NCBI RefSeq assembly: GCF_006345805.1
Contig: NC_043001.1
Location: 60,388,001 to 60,452,000, forward strand
Direction: 5' to 3'
Length of the DNA stretch: 64,000 bases
Source of the DNA: Octopus sinensis
Taxonomy: Eukaryota
Shown here: positions 30,776-44,888 of the stretch, one piece after another
Position numbering within the stretch: position 1 is the stretch's first letter
Layout of the letters: each line of letters begins with the position of its first letter
The notes under the pieces: model-generated
Told to the model about the DNA's origin: nothing
Seen by the model: only the letters and a program-made list of their open reading frames with translations
Database searches by the model: none
Position numbers and translations under genes: made by a program

Positions 30776-32479
30776 TATATATAAGTAATACTAAGCAATT
30801 AAGGGTTTAGCAACGAATTGCCTCACCACACACCGAATTTAGAAATAGCAGTCAAAGAGTTATAGCTATTCTTTCTACTAAAAGGGAGATCTCAGTAAAA
30901 ACACAGCACTTGAAAGGAAAACACAGACAGGTAAGAGAGAATGAAATGACGGCAATCTATCATACAATTTTAAGTCATATATATATATTGAAATTATAGG
31001 TAGCGGTCACAATACAAAATGCAGCATTTTAATTATCAATTTGAACTGTATGTCATCTTCATCCTCTACGTTTTCAAGAATATGCTTTTACAGACTCTCA
31101 CATCTGCCCTGCGTGCCATATATAGCCTTTAAATCCCCGACATTTTTGCGTTCATTTCTACATATCTTTCAACGTGTAGAAATGTCTGCGAAGACGTCTC
31201 GCTGAAGAAACTTTTTGATTGGGTAATGGGAGTTATACTGGTAAATGTCAAACTCTAATACAGTATGTGGTGCAGGTGCAATTTTTGTAGTGATTATTAG
31301 TATCTCACCATACTTATTTTCATAATATTCCAAACTAAATAACCGCTTTTCATTGGTTTGGTACCACTCCCACCTAAATGCGCTCCTTAATGAATACAAC
31401 TTTGAAATTCACTCCTTTCTTTCTTGCCAGGTGTTTGCAAAAAAGAAAAAAATGCTACTTTTTATTAAGAATACTTGTGATTGAGAGCAATACAAAGAAC
31501 AAACTGACAAACGCGTCACTAACTATTTCTGTTTGGTTGTTTACTTATCTAAGTGCCATGAGTGTTGAGATGATATATCTACCAAACGTCATATATCGCT
31601 AATTGCAATATTTTTTCCTCAGATTGACTGAATCGCAATCATGCCTCATAGGAATTGCATAGATACCACAGGAGGATTGCAAATCTTGTATCAATATATT
31701 GATGTCTGTATTGAAGGATAGCGTCGTAATGTAGATGCTGCTAAACAAATCATATATGAATCAGTATTCTTACGCTTGTGTACTTTTAATTGCATGTCAA
31801 CTTCCTTCATTGTTAGTTTGATATTTACCTAGTGGATACCTTTGCAGAAGTTGCGCCCTTATGTTTTTGTGTGTGTGTAACACTATTCATTTCATCTGGC
31901 TTTCGCTTTGCCCAACATGTACGTATATGCTTAATGACTCTGCGTCTCTAAAGTGGAAGTGACTGGGATATGAATCGTAAATTTTCTTCGTTATATTTAG
32001 TTTCAGCGAGTTATCACTGCGATATTAGAGGTCAGATAGTATTGTTAGTATCTACTACCAACATTTAAACCTGTCTTTGAATGATTAGCCAGGATTTATG
32101 GCCGTATTCTTTATCACTAGTTTCTTTGTTAATTGCTGTACAATATATCGTCTACAATCTAGATTTTTTGGATTCTCAGAAAGGATGTTTATGCATCGTG
32201 ATGGGTTTCGTTGGTTTCAGCAGTTTAAAAAAACACGTGATATTTAATCAGAAAGATCCCATAATCTAGAGTCCACACTCATGTTCTCAATAATGAATTT
32301 GTTATATTGTTTCCTACAACTTTCCTTCACTTTTAAAAGTTTTAAGACAAACTCTTTCGAAACACATGCACGTGTCATAACCTGAAGCTGATTGACTTCT
32401 AACCAAAGGAATATATGTGACTAGTATGGCAGTAGTCATTTGCTGACAAAACCATACACTCATTTGAAAGTACATGATA

Positions 32480-33200
32480 GTACTAACGGTGCTATTCAAC
32501 TTTTCTACAGTAGCATGAATATGCTGAACTATATGGTAGAGTTTCTGACTTCTCTTTTGCTCGCGAATTTCTCTGATATACCTTGGCCGTGAACTTCTGT
32601 GATATACCTGTTGAATGTTTTCCGAGCTTCATTCACAGGTTTGGATAGATGATTTAGAGGTTTGCAAGTTCGGGAAGCGAAGATTGCATCAATGGAACAG
32701 CTGAGCTAATGGGAGAGACTAAAATAGATACTACTCTACTTCCCGGAGCGAATACAGGAGTGTTTTGCAGTGGTATACGTATGGGAGGATCCTGTAGGGG
32801 TTTTCACCAAATCTTTTTATGAAGAGCTTTACTGACCCCCGAACTGGACATCATTGTACTGCTCCAAATGTACAATCTATCCCGTCTAGATTGAGGACCA
32901 TATACTACTAGAGTAGCTTGGGATTCAATGACCCACAGCTACTTAATGCCTTGCCAAAACAACCTGAGTGATCGTCATTGAGTGGTGATAGATGTTTTCA
33001 GGGAACAAGTTGATCTCTAGCCAACAAATGTTCCAGATGAATCTTTTATCACGACAAGAAACGCAAATAGGGAATCTGCGTCGAACTCTCTCGTTCACCA
33101 AAGGCCAATCCTATTAGACTGGCCTCTGAAAAGCTGTTTACACTGCTGGTGCTCCATCATGGCCACAGCGTTTGGGGTGAAGCATGTAACAGAATAAAAA
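32480..33200 (+). mobile_element. Degenerate 3' end of a CR1/L2-like LINE
   Basis: Remnants resembling WERLK..LY..ER, PQLLNALPK and VPDE C-terminal motifs; heavily disrupted. Confidence 0.5.
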
Positions 33201-34875
33201 GAATACCATTTATGGGTATGCCATGTTTTCTGTAAGAGTCCTATTTTAGTGTGCATACTTTGGGATCAGTTGTGATGCTGCAGATTCCAGAACCATTATA
33301 GCATAATAAACATAAATCATGATATATCTATTAGAAAGAACATACTTTTATACTTCTTTAGTATGATCTTGAAGGAAATAAAATATGTCAAACATTCTGT
33401 CCAACATTGTTTATGCATCACTGCAAGAAGCTATTTTAAAACAAATTCTTATTCAGAAGTGTTTAGTATATATATTTTAATTAAAATGCAACCTCGTAAA
33501 TGTGCCGTTTAAAATTAAGTTTGACAAGTACGTGATTTTGTAAGATAAATGTACAGCATAACTAATTAATAAAGATTAATATAGATCCGTATAAATCCCA
33601 AGATATCAACATGGCTTTATTTATTGATTATTGCCCCTCTCTGTAAGATTCACTAACTTCGTAGCTGACATATTCGAAAGACATTTTAATAAAGGAGCTG
33701 AGCGAAGCATAACTTGGAACATATAAATGAAGAATGTTCACAGGTCGAGAAAGAAGAATTAACGTAAGAATAAACCAAAGAAACTGCTCTAAATCAGCAG
33801 TAAAATACCGCGTCCTCACATACAAGATTTTGTGTTGAATAATTGGATTTGTGTTCAATTATTTTTTTAAGTTACACATTGAATACTTTAATTATTTTGC
33901 AAAACAATTACACAAAATCTTTTATCATATTTAAAACAGTGGTGCAGTTTCAAATAAGAATATGTGGAGTATTTTGCATAATATACTATTTTATCATTAT
34001 GGAGAGCACAGAAATAGCGTGACTGTATTTCAAGTCATAGAGCGGAGGAATTCCAATGCATCCACTGACATAATACCTTTGAAAATCTTTGAGATTGGAA
34101 AAATCTTGCCCCTCTATTAATCAGAGTCATACTTAAGGGAAAAAATATATGATATTCATCATGTGACACGGATAGATTGTGCAAAAGTTAGCATTGTACA
34201 GATCTGATATAGGTGCGCACATTGTTCACTTTCATATACATAATTTTTAGCATATACGCACACATACATGTGCGCGTGCTTTCATGTAGTTTACAGTAGC
34301 TGTGGTAAGAATGAAATCTTTCATTTTGTCCTCTTTCTATCTGATAACTAAAATATGGATTTTCCCCGATTTAACATGTATATACATCCGTCGCTTTATT
34401 TTAATACAAACATTATCAATAATCAATTTCCCTACTGTAGTTTTCTTTAGCATCTTTTTCATCCTTATATATTAAAATTAGCTTTCATAAAAGAAAAATA
34501 TTAAATTGCTGTGCCACATATTAATGTATGTTAATGTGCATTTTTATCAATAATTTCTTATACAATATTATTAGATTTATGGAAAGTTGTAAAAATTCTC
34601 TGCTACTCCATTCCTTATAATGCATTTATTTTTGTAATGTAATTTGTTTGAGAAAAGGAAATTCTAAATTAAAACAGATGTTAACATAGTTCTACTTTTA
34701 TCTCATCATTGCAGGAGCGTAAAGCGGAAGAAAGAGGCTTTGTGAAGATCAATATATTCTGTTCTGTTTATTTCCTTGCCTTTCTAGCAGTGATTTAGCC
34801 CTTTGCTATAGGAGTTACAGAGGCAAATATTAAAATTTAGTATAAAACACATATGTGGACGTGTATATATATATA

Positions 34876-34952
<77 letters not shown>

Positions 34953-36208
34953 CACATACACACACATATGCCTATGTGTGTGTATTTAAGTATAAACACA
35001 CACGCAAATACAAATGCATGTGCCTACATGAATATGTATAAATATATGTATATGTATATTTATATATTGTGGAATACCATACGCGAACTACATAAAAAGA
35101 ACATCAAAGAAAACTGACAATTGTTTTGTTCGAATTGATTTGATTGATTATTTATATTTTACTCACTTTTTCAACTAAATTAATGTGCAAAATTTACAAT
35201 TCAACCCAATATCATGTTATCCATTCTAATACATTGTACTAAATAGCTTTTGTATTCATTGGAGTAAACACAAGTGTCAGCTAAAGGGACTTAAAATAGC
35301 AACATAAATCCAATCATGTGACATGCATATTTTCACATTGACCTTGCCAGCACTTAGTAACGTTGTAGATCAATAAAACAATAATATTCAAGACTTTTGC
35401 TTTTAGAAATACCTTAATATTAGTCATGCTAACATAATTAGAATTAACAACTGATCGAGCTTAAATATAAAAAAAAAATATGAAAAGTGTAACCGACAAA
35501 CAGTAGTACTGACATAGTAGCAAGTGAACCTGTTCACGTGTTTGATATTTAAGGCGAAAGAAAATATTTTTGCTAGCTTCTATCGTTTTATGCAAAGATA
35601 CGCCCGATTTTCATTTTGATCACTAATGGATATATGCGCATACATTTTAACTCGGAAAGGAAAATCAATTGAGCAACTGGTTTAGGTGTAAGGGACTGCC
35701 CGAAAAATTTAATCCAAAAATTATAAACAGGATATACATATACCTACAAATATAAACCAGGAAAGATGAGTGATTACAAATATAAAAAAAAAACAGTTCT
35801 TGGGTGACTGTGACATGTGAAACTTAAGAATTTTATTAATTTATTAATTATAAGAACGCCTCTTTTTCTTCCTAGTTGTGCAAGTTCGGGAGGAATCGAT
35901 CTCGAAATTCCCTTTTCGTTTTGGAAACCCCCCAAAAAAAAACCGGAAATTTCAACTATCAAGAAATCAAGTACTAAAGCAAGAATATGTTCTTTAGAAA
36001 GTTATATATACTACGTAATCCTGGCAGGAAATAGTGTGTAAAACGGATAGGATATATATGCCATTTTATAACGGGAAGTGTGCAGAATATTATTTCGTAT
36101 TGACTCGAATAAGATTTGTGCAAAAAGAATACTGCTATACAATCATATAATATACACATCCGCGCGGACCCACACATATTTATACATAATTATGTAATTA
36201 TATGTATA

Positions 36209-36688
36209 CTAACTTAAGGTAACCCGCTCTACGCGCAGGTGAGGTTGTGGTTGTTACTTTCTGTTTCTTATTTCCACATTCTCACTCTTTGTTTCTCTAT
36301 CCTTTCTCATTTTCCCACTCTCTTACTCTCCCTCGCTTTCTCTTACTCTTTATCTCTCTTTATCTCTCTCTGCCATTTATAAAAAGAATTAGATTTCCGC
36401 GTTTAAATTACAAATCCGCTTCCACTTTACCATATTCAAAATTTGATTGAAATCGAGCAAAAGGTGTTCAATCTAGACCACCAAATGTCCCCCCAAATCA
36501 ATAAAGTCCCAATTTTCACACCAAAGCAACCACTGTAGCGCCACAAAACGTCTCCCAATCAATTCTCCCTCCCCCCTCAAGTTACCCCCTCCTGTAAATT
36601 TGAATCCCCTTCCAGCCCCATTTAGACAACTTTTTACATAAAAATCCAATTTGTATCAACGTTCGCCTTCTTCATTTTATAGATAGGA
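36209..36688 (-). mobile_element. Putative non-autonomous Helitron
   Basis: Minus strand starts A|TCCTATCTATAAAATG and ends with a GC-rich hairpin (CCTGCGCGTAGAGCGGG) ~10 nt before TTAG|T. Confidence 0.5.
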
Positions 36689-36902
36689 TTAGATGCCAAT
36701 CGTGCCAATCTGGAGGGGCTGAGAGCCCCCTTGAATCTTCTCCCCATAGCAACCATATATTTCCAGATGGTGAGTTTTAATCTACTCAACTCTGCCTCAT
36801 CACGCTTTCTATGCCTGTGTCAATTTTCAGCTTGATCTGAACACTGGTGTGGCCGCAAACCTCTGTCGTAGCAAAACGTGCACACAATTTTGACCCAAAA
36901 CC

Positions 36903-36951
<49 letters not shown>

Positions 36952-36954
<3 letters not shown>

Positions 36955-38133
36955 CAGAGAAACCCGGACTTGCTCGGGGTTAAAATAGTTTATCATTGTT
37001 TTATTTGTTTCGGTATTATAACTCGATTTCATTCGGATCTACGCGGGCCACACTTTAAAGATGAGGAATTTTGCCCTAGAGGCCACACCTTTCAATTGAG
37101 CAAAATCAAAGTTGCCAAGCAAACTCGCCAGGACTTTTAACATAGGTGTGCAAATTTTCAACTGAATCCTACCATATATACTAACACTTTTGCCTGTAAA
37201 ACTGCTTGTGTGACAACGTCTGCCCTTTTCACAAATATGTAGTAGACCTACAGAGATACTCGACGTTACTTGGGATTTAAATGGCATAGTTTTTCATTGT
37301 TTTACTTGTTTGGTTAATATAAGCCGATTTCATTCGGGTGTAATCGGGCCACATTTTAAAAGATGAGAAAATTTGTCCTAGAGGTTACGCCTTTCATTTG
37401 AGGGGGAAAATAGTTGCCACGCAAGCTCACCAGCACTTTTAACATAGGTATGCATATTTTCAGCTCAATCGACCACATAATGCACACATAATATATATAT
37501 CTATATATGTACATATATACGCATTATATACATGTGTGTGTGTACGCATTATATATGCTAATGTATACAAATTATATATATATATATACAGATATATACA
37601 CTTTGTATATATACATTATATATACATATTTATATATAGATACAGACACACACACACATATATATAAATTAACCCAATAAATAACTGATTCATAATGTTT
37701 GTTCTCATGATTGTGTTGTGGAGGTGGCGATAATAAAACTATCTATGAATGCAGATAGACGTACAGAGAGAGAGAGAGAGGGAGGTGATGGCGGAAAGAG
37801 TGACAGCGCTCACGAAGGCGGCGGGTGAAAGATAGTAGTAGCTCTCAAACGTCGTTATAGAGAGAAAGGGAATGGAAGAGAGGAAACAGAGAGATACGGA
37901 GGAAGACAGGCAGATAAGAGAATGAGAGAAGACTTGTCAAAGCGTGCGTTTTTTGCCCTAGTAACCACACTTTTTAAGATAGGGATTTCTAACCTAACCC
38001 AGTCACGTCCTCACCTCTGTTACATTTCTCTGTAAATTTTGAGGTCAATCCAACGGGATCTAGTGCCCTTTGACCCGTTCCAATGCCAAAATCAGACAAA
38101 CAAAATTTCTCATTTCAGATTTATAAATATTGA
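36952..38133 (-). mobile_element. Putative non-autonomous Helitron with an internal ~190-bp direct repeat
   Basis: Minus strand starts A|TCAATATTTATAAA and ends CCCGAGCAAGTCCGGG-tttctctg-CTA; 36985-37173 resembles 37287-37474. Confidence 0.5.
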
Positions 38134-38545
38134 TATACAATAAGTTACTAGTGCACATACACACGCATCCAGGCCAATGCGTTTGCACGCAAACATGATA
38201 ACCGCACACATCCGCACACACGTCCATATGCAAACACATATACATATAAGTAGACGTAACGCATATCAATCCACATAATATACGCACTGGGTTACTTACA
38301 CTCATAAACACACAGAGGCCCACATATTTTTCATCTCCCCCACACATACATACTCACACACCCCAATTTATACATAAACACTCACACACCAACGCGCGTC
38401 AGAGGAAATTTGTTTGACCGGGTCACCATCATTATCTCCCTGTCATTCAGCGTCTTCCTTATGATTGTTTCACCATGTTGAACTGTTAATCTCACTCATG
38501 ATTTATCTGTTCTTTTTCGTTCTCTTTCCATTTTTCTTTTAAATC

Positions 38546-38581
38546 CTTTCTGTCGAAGAGTGTAGACTCTAAACGTCAAAG
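38546..38581 (+). ncRNA. Family-B hammerhead-like motif, probably dead (GAAA changed to TAAA)
   Basis: CTTT-CTGTCGA-A-GAGT-GTAG-ACTC-TAAAC-GTC-AAAG; stem II pair is T-A where other copies have C-G. Confidence 0.5.
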
Positions 38582-38800
38582 ACTTTTCAATTCTTCCCGA
38601 GCGTCAGACTTATACACCTGCCTGTTGTTCCTACACCTGTCTTCGTCTTTTGTTTTCTGTAAATTTGAACTATATATGTGTGTGTGAGTGTGTATACATA
38701 TATGTATATGGAGAGTTTACGAAAAAAAAACAAAAGACGAAGACAGGTGGTGTACAAAACAAACAGATGTATTGGTATAACGCTCTGGAATAGAAGAAGT

Positions 38801-38836
38801 CTTTTACGTTTCGAGCCTATGCTCTTCTACAGAAAG
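38801..38836 (-). ncRNA. Family-B hammerhead-like motif, core CUGUAGA
   Basis: CTTT-CTGTAGA-A-GAGC-ATAG-GCTC-GAAAC-GTA-AAAG. Confidence 0.62.
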
Positions 38837-39061
38837 GTACACAGAAAAGCAAGGAGAGAAACAAGGAGAAAGAAAAGGAGAGAAACAAATGTATGTAGTG
38901 GCTAACGATCTATTAGTGACAGATGCAGTATTACCACCGAGAAGTAACGTGGATGTTGTGTTAGAATAGAAAATACTGATACCTACTTGTATGGCAGGCA
39001 CTTTCAAAAATGGGTTTATACAATTATGAGTATATATATATATATATATTATATATATATA

Positions 39062-40960
39062 TACAAAGTATGAGGGTTTAGTTCACAAGTGATCTAAACG
39101 ATTAGGTACGCTAGGTAAGTGCTGTAACGGATTACTAGGGCTCCTGGGTTATAGCTGAAGCGGTAGTTATGGAGACATTGCAGATTTGTGATGTAGCCAA
39201 AGAGGGCAAGAAACAACAAGGGGAGGCAAACATTTCACGTCGTATACTATACCATTGGAAAAAATTAAAACTCTTACAGCTGTTTCTGGATATCCCCGAA
39301 TATGAGATATTCTGTCATCAGAGAAAAATAAGGAAAAATAGAGCAAAATGAAAGGAATTTAAAGAGAGTAGTAGGTGTCTGAGGGAATCTTAAAGTCTAA
39401 AGTTATTGGGGAGGAAATCTAGTAGCGATTGCTTGTGTCCGTTCTGGCTAAGGTCAGCGGCTGTAGAGTTATATTTAGCAATGGTGTTATGGGTATGTAG
39501 TACTCGAGAATGGAAGAGCTAGTTGTGTGTTAAATTATTTATGAGTGGAAGTTAGAGTTAGGGGTTTATATTAGGGAGTTTAGTGGTAGTAGTAGTAGTA
39601 GTAGTCGTAATAGTTGTTATTGTTGTTGTTGCAGCAGCCACAGCGGCAATAGTAGTATTATTGTCAGTAGTGTTAGTGTTAGCGGTGGTAGAGGAAGTGG
39701 TATTAGTGATGTTATTATTGCGGCTATTAATATTTGCGTTTGAAGTAGGAGTGTTAATAATAGTACGGTTTTTAGTAAAGGTAATATTGCCGATGGTGTT
39801 AGCATTAATATTATCACTATTCCTATTATTAGCTGAAGTATATATATTTTTAATTGTAGTGTTTATAATATAATCAGTATTATTAGTATCAGTGTGCCTA
39901 TAAGTGTTTGCGTCGGTTCTAGGTATGAATCCATTATATAGTGTATGCTTAAGTTGCTTAAAGTGGTCGGACCAGGTCTATTAGATATATTATTGCGATC
40001 GGTGTCAGTGTTTTCATTGTGTAGCTCTATGGTAGGGTTGTATGTATTTAGGTAGTAAGAGCTAAGGTTATGTTTATTAGATGAGGTGGTAATAGATTCT
40101 ATATTTGGTGTAGATTAATAGGATACTTTCAATGATGATCTGTTAAATATAGAATGGTGCTTATGGTTAAGTGGAAAATTGGATTCTACTATTTTAAATA
40201 AAGCTTTAGCGAGACCCTTACGTTTAATGCGAATGGAGGTGTATACCAGAAAATAGATCTGCCGCAGCTTTTATTAGGCAAGTTATGGGAGGTATAGTTC
40301 CTAGTGCATGTTAGAGGAGAGTTGGAAGGTCTAATATTAGTATTAGTGTTCGTAGATCGAGTGTAGTGCGTGTGGGTACTAGGTGGGCGAGATTGTCTTG
40401 TCGTAGTAGTAGGGTTTGGATTTCCAATATTTGAGCGCGTTTGTATAGTGCTAAATTTCGAGAGGTGTTCCTTAAATCTAGTGTTGGGCATAAATTTAAT
40501 CGTCTGGGAGAAACCACTAGCAGCTAGAGCTTGCTTATACTAATTGGCGTAGTTATTGAAAATTTCCTCTTTGGCGGATAGATTGGATATTCTGATGGAT
40601 ATGCATTTGATAATTCTCTCGAAAGTAGATTTATGGTGGCTAGATTCTGTATTTAAGGTATTAATTCAGTTTATGATATGGGAAGTATAGTGAAGGTTTT
40701 AAATCTAAATTAACCTCTATGAAATTTGCCGTGCTGTAAGAGTTTTCGAAAGAGATAGATTGGTTAATGTTGGTGAAGAATTTATATGTGTTTTCTAGCT
40801 TTTTTCTAATATAGATTTTGTTAGACCGGTTGTAATTAACAATGCATCGTCCCTATATAAAATCCCTTTGATAAGTAGGAATTGTGTGCAGGGCTGTTGA
40901 CCTGAGCTGAGTCGATTAGCCTCGAATGTTCTGCTAATGTTGACTGGGAAATCCGAGAGG
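39062..40960 (-). mobile_element. Second Penelope-like element (YRDD-type RT, clade uncertain), 5'-truncated and decayed
   Basis: Minus-strand DSAQV, LYRDDAL, YKQALAASGF, RSIFWYTPPFALNV and NFPLNHKHHSIFNRSSLKVSY; then low-complexity sequence and a 3' region with an HHR ending at (TA)n. Confidence 0.75.
39271..39325 (-). ncRNA. Type-I hammerhead ribozyme motif, canonical core
   Basis: TTCT-CTGATGA-CA-GAATATCTC...GGGATATCC-A-GAAAC-AGCT-GTA-AGAG; palindromic ACAGCTGT stem III. Confidence 0.78.
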
Positions 40961-40997
40961 ATGTTGATATTTTTACTTCAACCACTGACTTAGAATG

Positions 40998-41330
40998 TTA
41001 TTCATACCATTTGCCATCACTGTCGATTTTGCATTGCTTATATATTTTCCAACGTAAACACTTTCCTTCTCTATCGTGGCGCTTTTGATATTCATTAGGT
41101 GTTAGCAGAGGACCCCTCCCACACAAAAAAAAACGGTCTATCGCTTCATTAAATGTGTTGCAAAATCTGCATTTTGGATCAGAACTATTTTTAAGGTTTT
41201 TAACAACATTAACTTGGAAATGTTTTGTAAGCAAGCTTTGGTCTCGTCCCACCATTATGAAGCCTTCAGTCTCTACTCTCAATCCAGAATCTTTAGCCAA
41301 TTCGCCTGTAGAACTTATTCGCATCCTTTC
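40998..41330 (-). mobile_element. R4/Dong-type LINE fragment
   Basis: SGLRVETEGFIM..DQSLLT..KCRFC..EAID..EYQKRHD..W..WYE. Confidence 0.8.
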
Positions 41331-41614
41331 TTAAAACAGTGTTTTAGTCATAGAGAGATTTTAGAAGACCGTTATTATTATTATTCACCTTATTACTCCG
41401 TTATTTTAATTAAGCTGTCACAATTCTCGCACAGGGATCTTAAGTAACAGTAAGTTGGACTCTTTACTATGCAAATATATAGAAATGAAACTAGAATTCG
41501 TGTGCTAATATATTGTTCAATTTTTCCAGCTGATAATGCTTTAGTTGGAATGTGGGTAGACTCATGACAATTTTTTGTTGGTCTGGTGTCTTGAGGTTTC
41601 CTGGTGCTTGGCAT

Positions 41615-41775
41615 TTCTGTGTAACATAGATGACCCGATTGTGTAACAGGTTGTACTGAGTTACATGTTACTGGTAGCATTCGAGATCAATCTCAATTGA
41701 TTATTGTAAATACAGCGGGACGAAAACTAAAACTGTCAAAGGGCGGAGTAACTCAAGAGAGTCATTGGCCATCTA
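41615..41775. repeat. Two fragments related to the RTE 5' UTR, in opposite orientations
   Basis: gacccga..tgtaacaggttgtactgagttacatgttactggtagc matches 50692-50738; aaactgtcaaagggcggag..gagtcattggccatc matches the reverse complement of 50566-50617. Confidence 0.6.
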
Positions 41776-41786
41776 ATGATGTGTAA

Positions 41787-41900
41787 AGGCGCGTGGCCTA
41801 GGGATTAGGGAGCTCGCGATTGCGGGGTCATGATTCCAATTCAACGAACGTCTGAGCGTTGGGTTATTTTCACGTTGTTCAATCTCACTCAGCTATGACT
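41787..41900 (+). mobile_element. Degenerate tRNA-derived SINE head
   Basis: AGGCGCGTGGCCTAG start with weak A/B-box-like spacing. Confidence 0.35.
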
Positions 41901-42460
41901 ATGTAACGTAGTAACAGGTGGGCATACAAGGGTGAGATGGTGACTAGGGAAATCATACCAACGGAGATTTCGCAAGTCATTTTGTATTCGGTGGTCGAAA
42001 GGATGAATGTGAATCCCGACTGGTTGGGATTAGTCGTTCATGTATGTCGAATAATCAGTGAAAAACATGGAGCACTGATATGCCTTCCAAGAAGTTTATA
42101 ATAAATAAAGAAGGAGGCTTATGTTCATGCCTCGGCTTCTAACAGAATATGGCACACACTAACCATCAACAGAGACTAAGTTGGAAAATATTTGACATGT
42201 TTGGCAGTACATCGAATGAGTATGGCGAACGGTATATCGGTAGGACGGCAGGATAAAATGTTAAGCCTTTATGCTCCATAAGGAGAATACGATCATAATG
42301 GAACTAAGCGCCACACAGATACTTGAGCATTTAGAAAGCGTTACAATACACAAAATATACAATAAAAACTTACCTACAAAAGATACCTGTATTCAAAAGA
42401 TACGGGAACTGGAAAGAAAGAGGGCAAAAGTGCCGAGTTCAGAGAGTAAGAGCAAGACAA

Positions 42461-42503
<43 letters not shown>

Positions 42504-42542
42504 TGTGATAATGAGCAAGAGACAGAGAGAGAATAACATCAC

Positions 42543-42590
<48 letters not shown>

Positions 42591-43294
42591 ATTACCTCAT
42601 GACTGTCAGATGACTGTCCCAGTAGTGAAAGACTGTTGTAGCATCTTCTCCCGTGCCGACAGAAACTAGGTACTCTAATTCCAGCAGGAAAATCTTGTCC
42701 ACTTTCGACGATGATCCACAGAATACCCAGATTTGCAAAGACAAATAAACAGAATAACAAAGAAAAACTTTGGAAGTCGATGACTATAGGGTGACTAACT
42801 ATATACGATATAAAGAAGAATCAAATATCTAGGGCACTATGATGTTCTCAATCGTTAGATAGAACGATATATTCCCAACAGTTATTCATTTATTTTCTTT
42901 TTTGCCTCAGCATGTCCTTAATTGAGATTTTCTGTTGAGCGATGATGAAAACATTGACATAGGGCAATTAAATAATATTCTGAATAATATTCTGACTTGT
43001 GTACATAAATGAATATATATCTGTGTACCAATACGCACGGAAATATATGTATATATAATACACATGCTGCATACACAGCCATACACAGATATGTCTGTGT
43101 GTGTATTATATATACATATGCGTGTGTGTCTATGTGTGTGTGTTCGCGCGCTTTTCATTTCGTTTTGCAAGTTACCTGAATCGTGTTTGAAAAATCGTGT
43201 TTGAAAAATGATTCTTTTGTATTTCGTGCTGGCCATCTTTTTTATGCCAAATAAATACACACACTGATATATATATGTATATATATATGTGTGA

Positions 43295-43332
<38 letters not shown>

Positions 43333-43630
43333 ATATATATATATATATAATATACATATATTATATGTATATTTACAAATACATATATATACACATATGT
43401 ATATATATGTATATATAGTGTAAATAACGGACAGAGTCAAGACTATTGAAAAGGTTGCAAGACGCAACGAACAATTTAGAAACTAAAAATAAGGAATAAG
43501 TCGAAATTTTAATGGTGAGTGTGTTAAATAATAAGGCACTAAAAGAGAATGACTCTCCCCAGACACAACAGAATATGCTTCAACACACGAACTCATATAA
43601 AGAATCTTGCAAACCAAATCTCAAAACGAA

Positions 43631-43661
<31 letters not shown>

Positions 43662-44400
43662 CATATATATGAGTGTGAATGTATATGTGTATGTTAATAT
43701 ATGTGTGCATGCTTGTGTTACTGCATGAAGACGATGATGTTTTAAATGAATTTTAAAAATATCAACGCAACATTTGCAGGTGATAGACGTAAATAGACAG
43801 TCAAATTTGCTATGAAATTAGCTTTAGTTTTAACTTTGATACAATCATTTTCTTGATGGCCCATTCAACAGTTTTGTTTGAATAAGCCATCAGTTGTAAT
43901 TTTAAATGCCATTCGAAAGGAATTTTCCTATTTACACAGTTTGTATATGCATGTATATTTTAAAAGTATACGTTAATTGAAATATAGTAATAAATAATAC
44001 ACATGGAATAAATAGTCGTTGAATATAAATAATCTATTACAGAAATATAGTAATTGAGAACATTTTATTCGGGAAACAGTGTTTAAGTCTATTATACCGT
44101 ATGACACGATATTTATACTTTCACAAGTTAGAAATTTGAGACGTAAAAATCTGAGACGGAAAAATGTTGCTTTATAATAGTGATAATGTTAACATGGAAT
44201 ATGTATAAATACAGGAACCGCTGTAGGGAATTTGTAAAGTTGTTATTGTTCTGAATGATGTAATATTTTCTAAATGACATTAGAATACATTCATTCAATT
44301 TAATTTCGAAATATTATATTTACTGCGTGTATATATAACTGTAGGTAAGTATGTATGCATGTATGTATGTATGTATATATGTATGAATGCATGTATATGA

Positions 44401-44502
<102 letters not shown>

Positions 44503-44671
44503 ATTCATTATTCCACTTCACTCTCTATTTCATATCTTATCTATTGCTTAACCATTTTCTCACACCGTCTCCAATGAAGGGATATATAAAATATTCCGGA
44601 AACAGTTGTAAGACCTATTTATAAATGTTCTGAAAACTTTCACAGCCTTTGATTTTTATCTCATTCTGTTA

Positions 44672-44704
<33 letters not shown>

Positions 44705-44706
<2 letters not shown>

Positions 44707-44830
44707 TTTCTTTGAAAGAGCGGAGGCTCGAAACTTTAAAGACATTTTCACTTCCCGAGCGTTATACTAATACATCTGTTCGTTGTCTATTCCATCTGTC
44801 TTCGTCTTTTTTTTGTGTGAATTCTCCCTA
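44705..44830 (+). mobile_element. Family-B repeat, degraded copy
   Basis: gagcggaggctcgaaac..aaagac..cttcccgagcg..atacatctg..tgtcttcgtctttt aligns with 38550-38670. Confidence 0.65.
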
Positions 44831-44888
44831 TTCATATATATTCATGTATATATATATATATATATATATATTTTTATTATATAGAAGG

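Larger units (their letters stand above)
38500..38910. mobile_element. Tail-to-tail inverted pair of family-B repeats
   Basis: 38500-38670 (+) and 38710-38910 (-) are diverged reverse complements, separated by a TA/TG spacer. Confidence 0.7.

Noticed and set aside
42605-42675. HHR-like CAGATGA-CTGTC...GACA-GAAAC-TAG-GTA
   Set aside because: Core has U4A and stem I arms do not pair; at best a decayed remnant.
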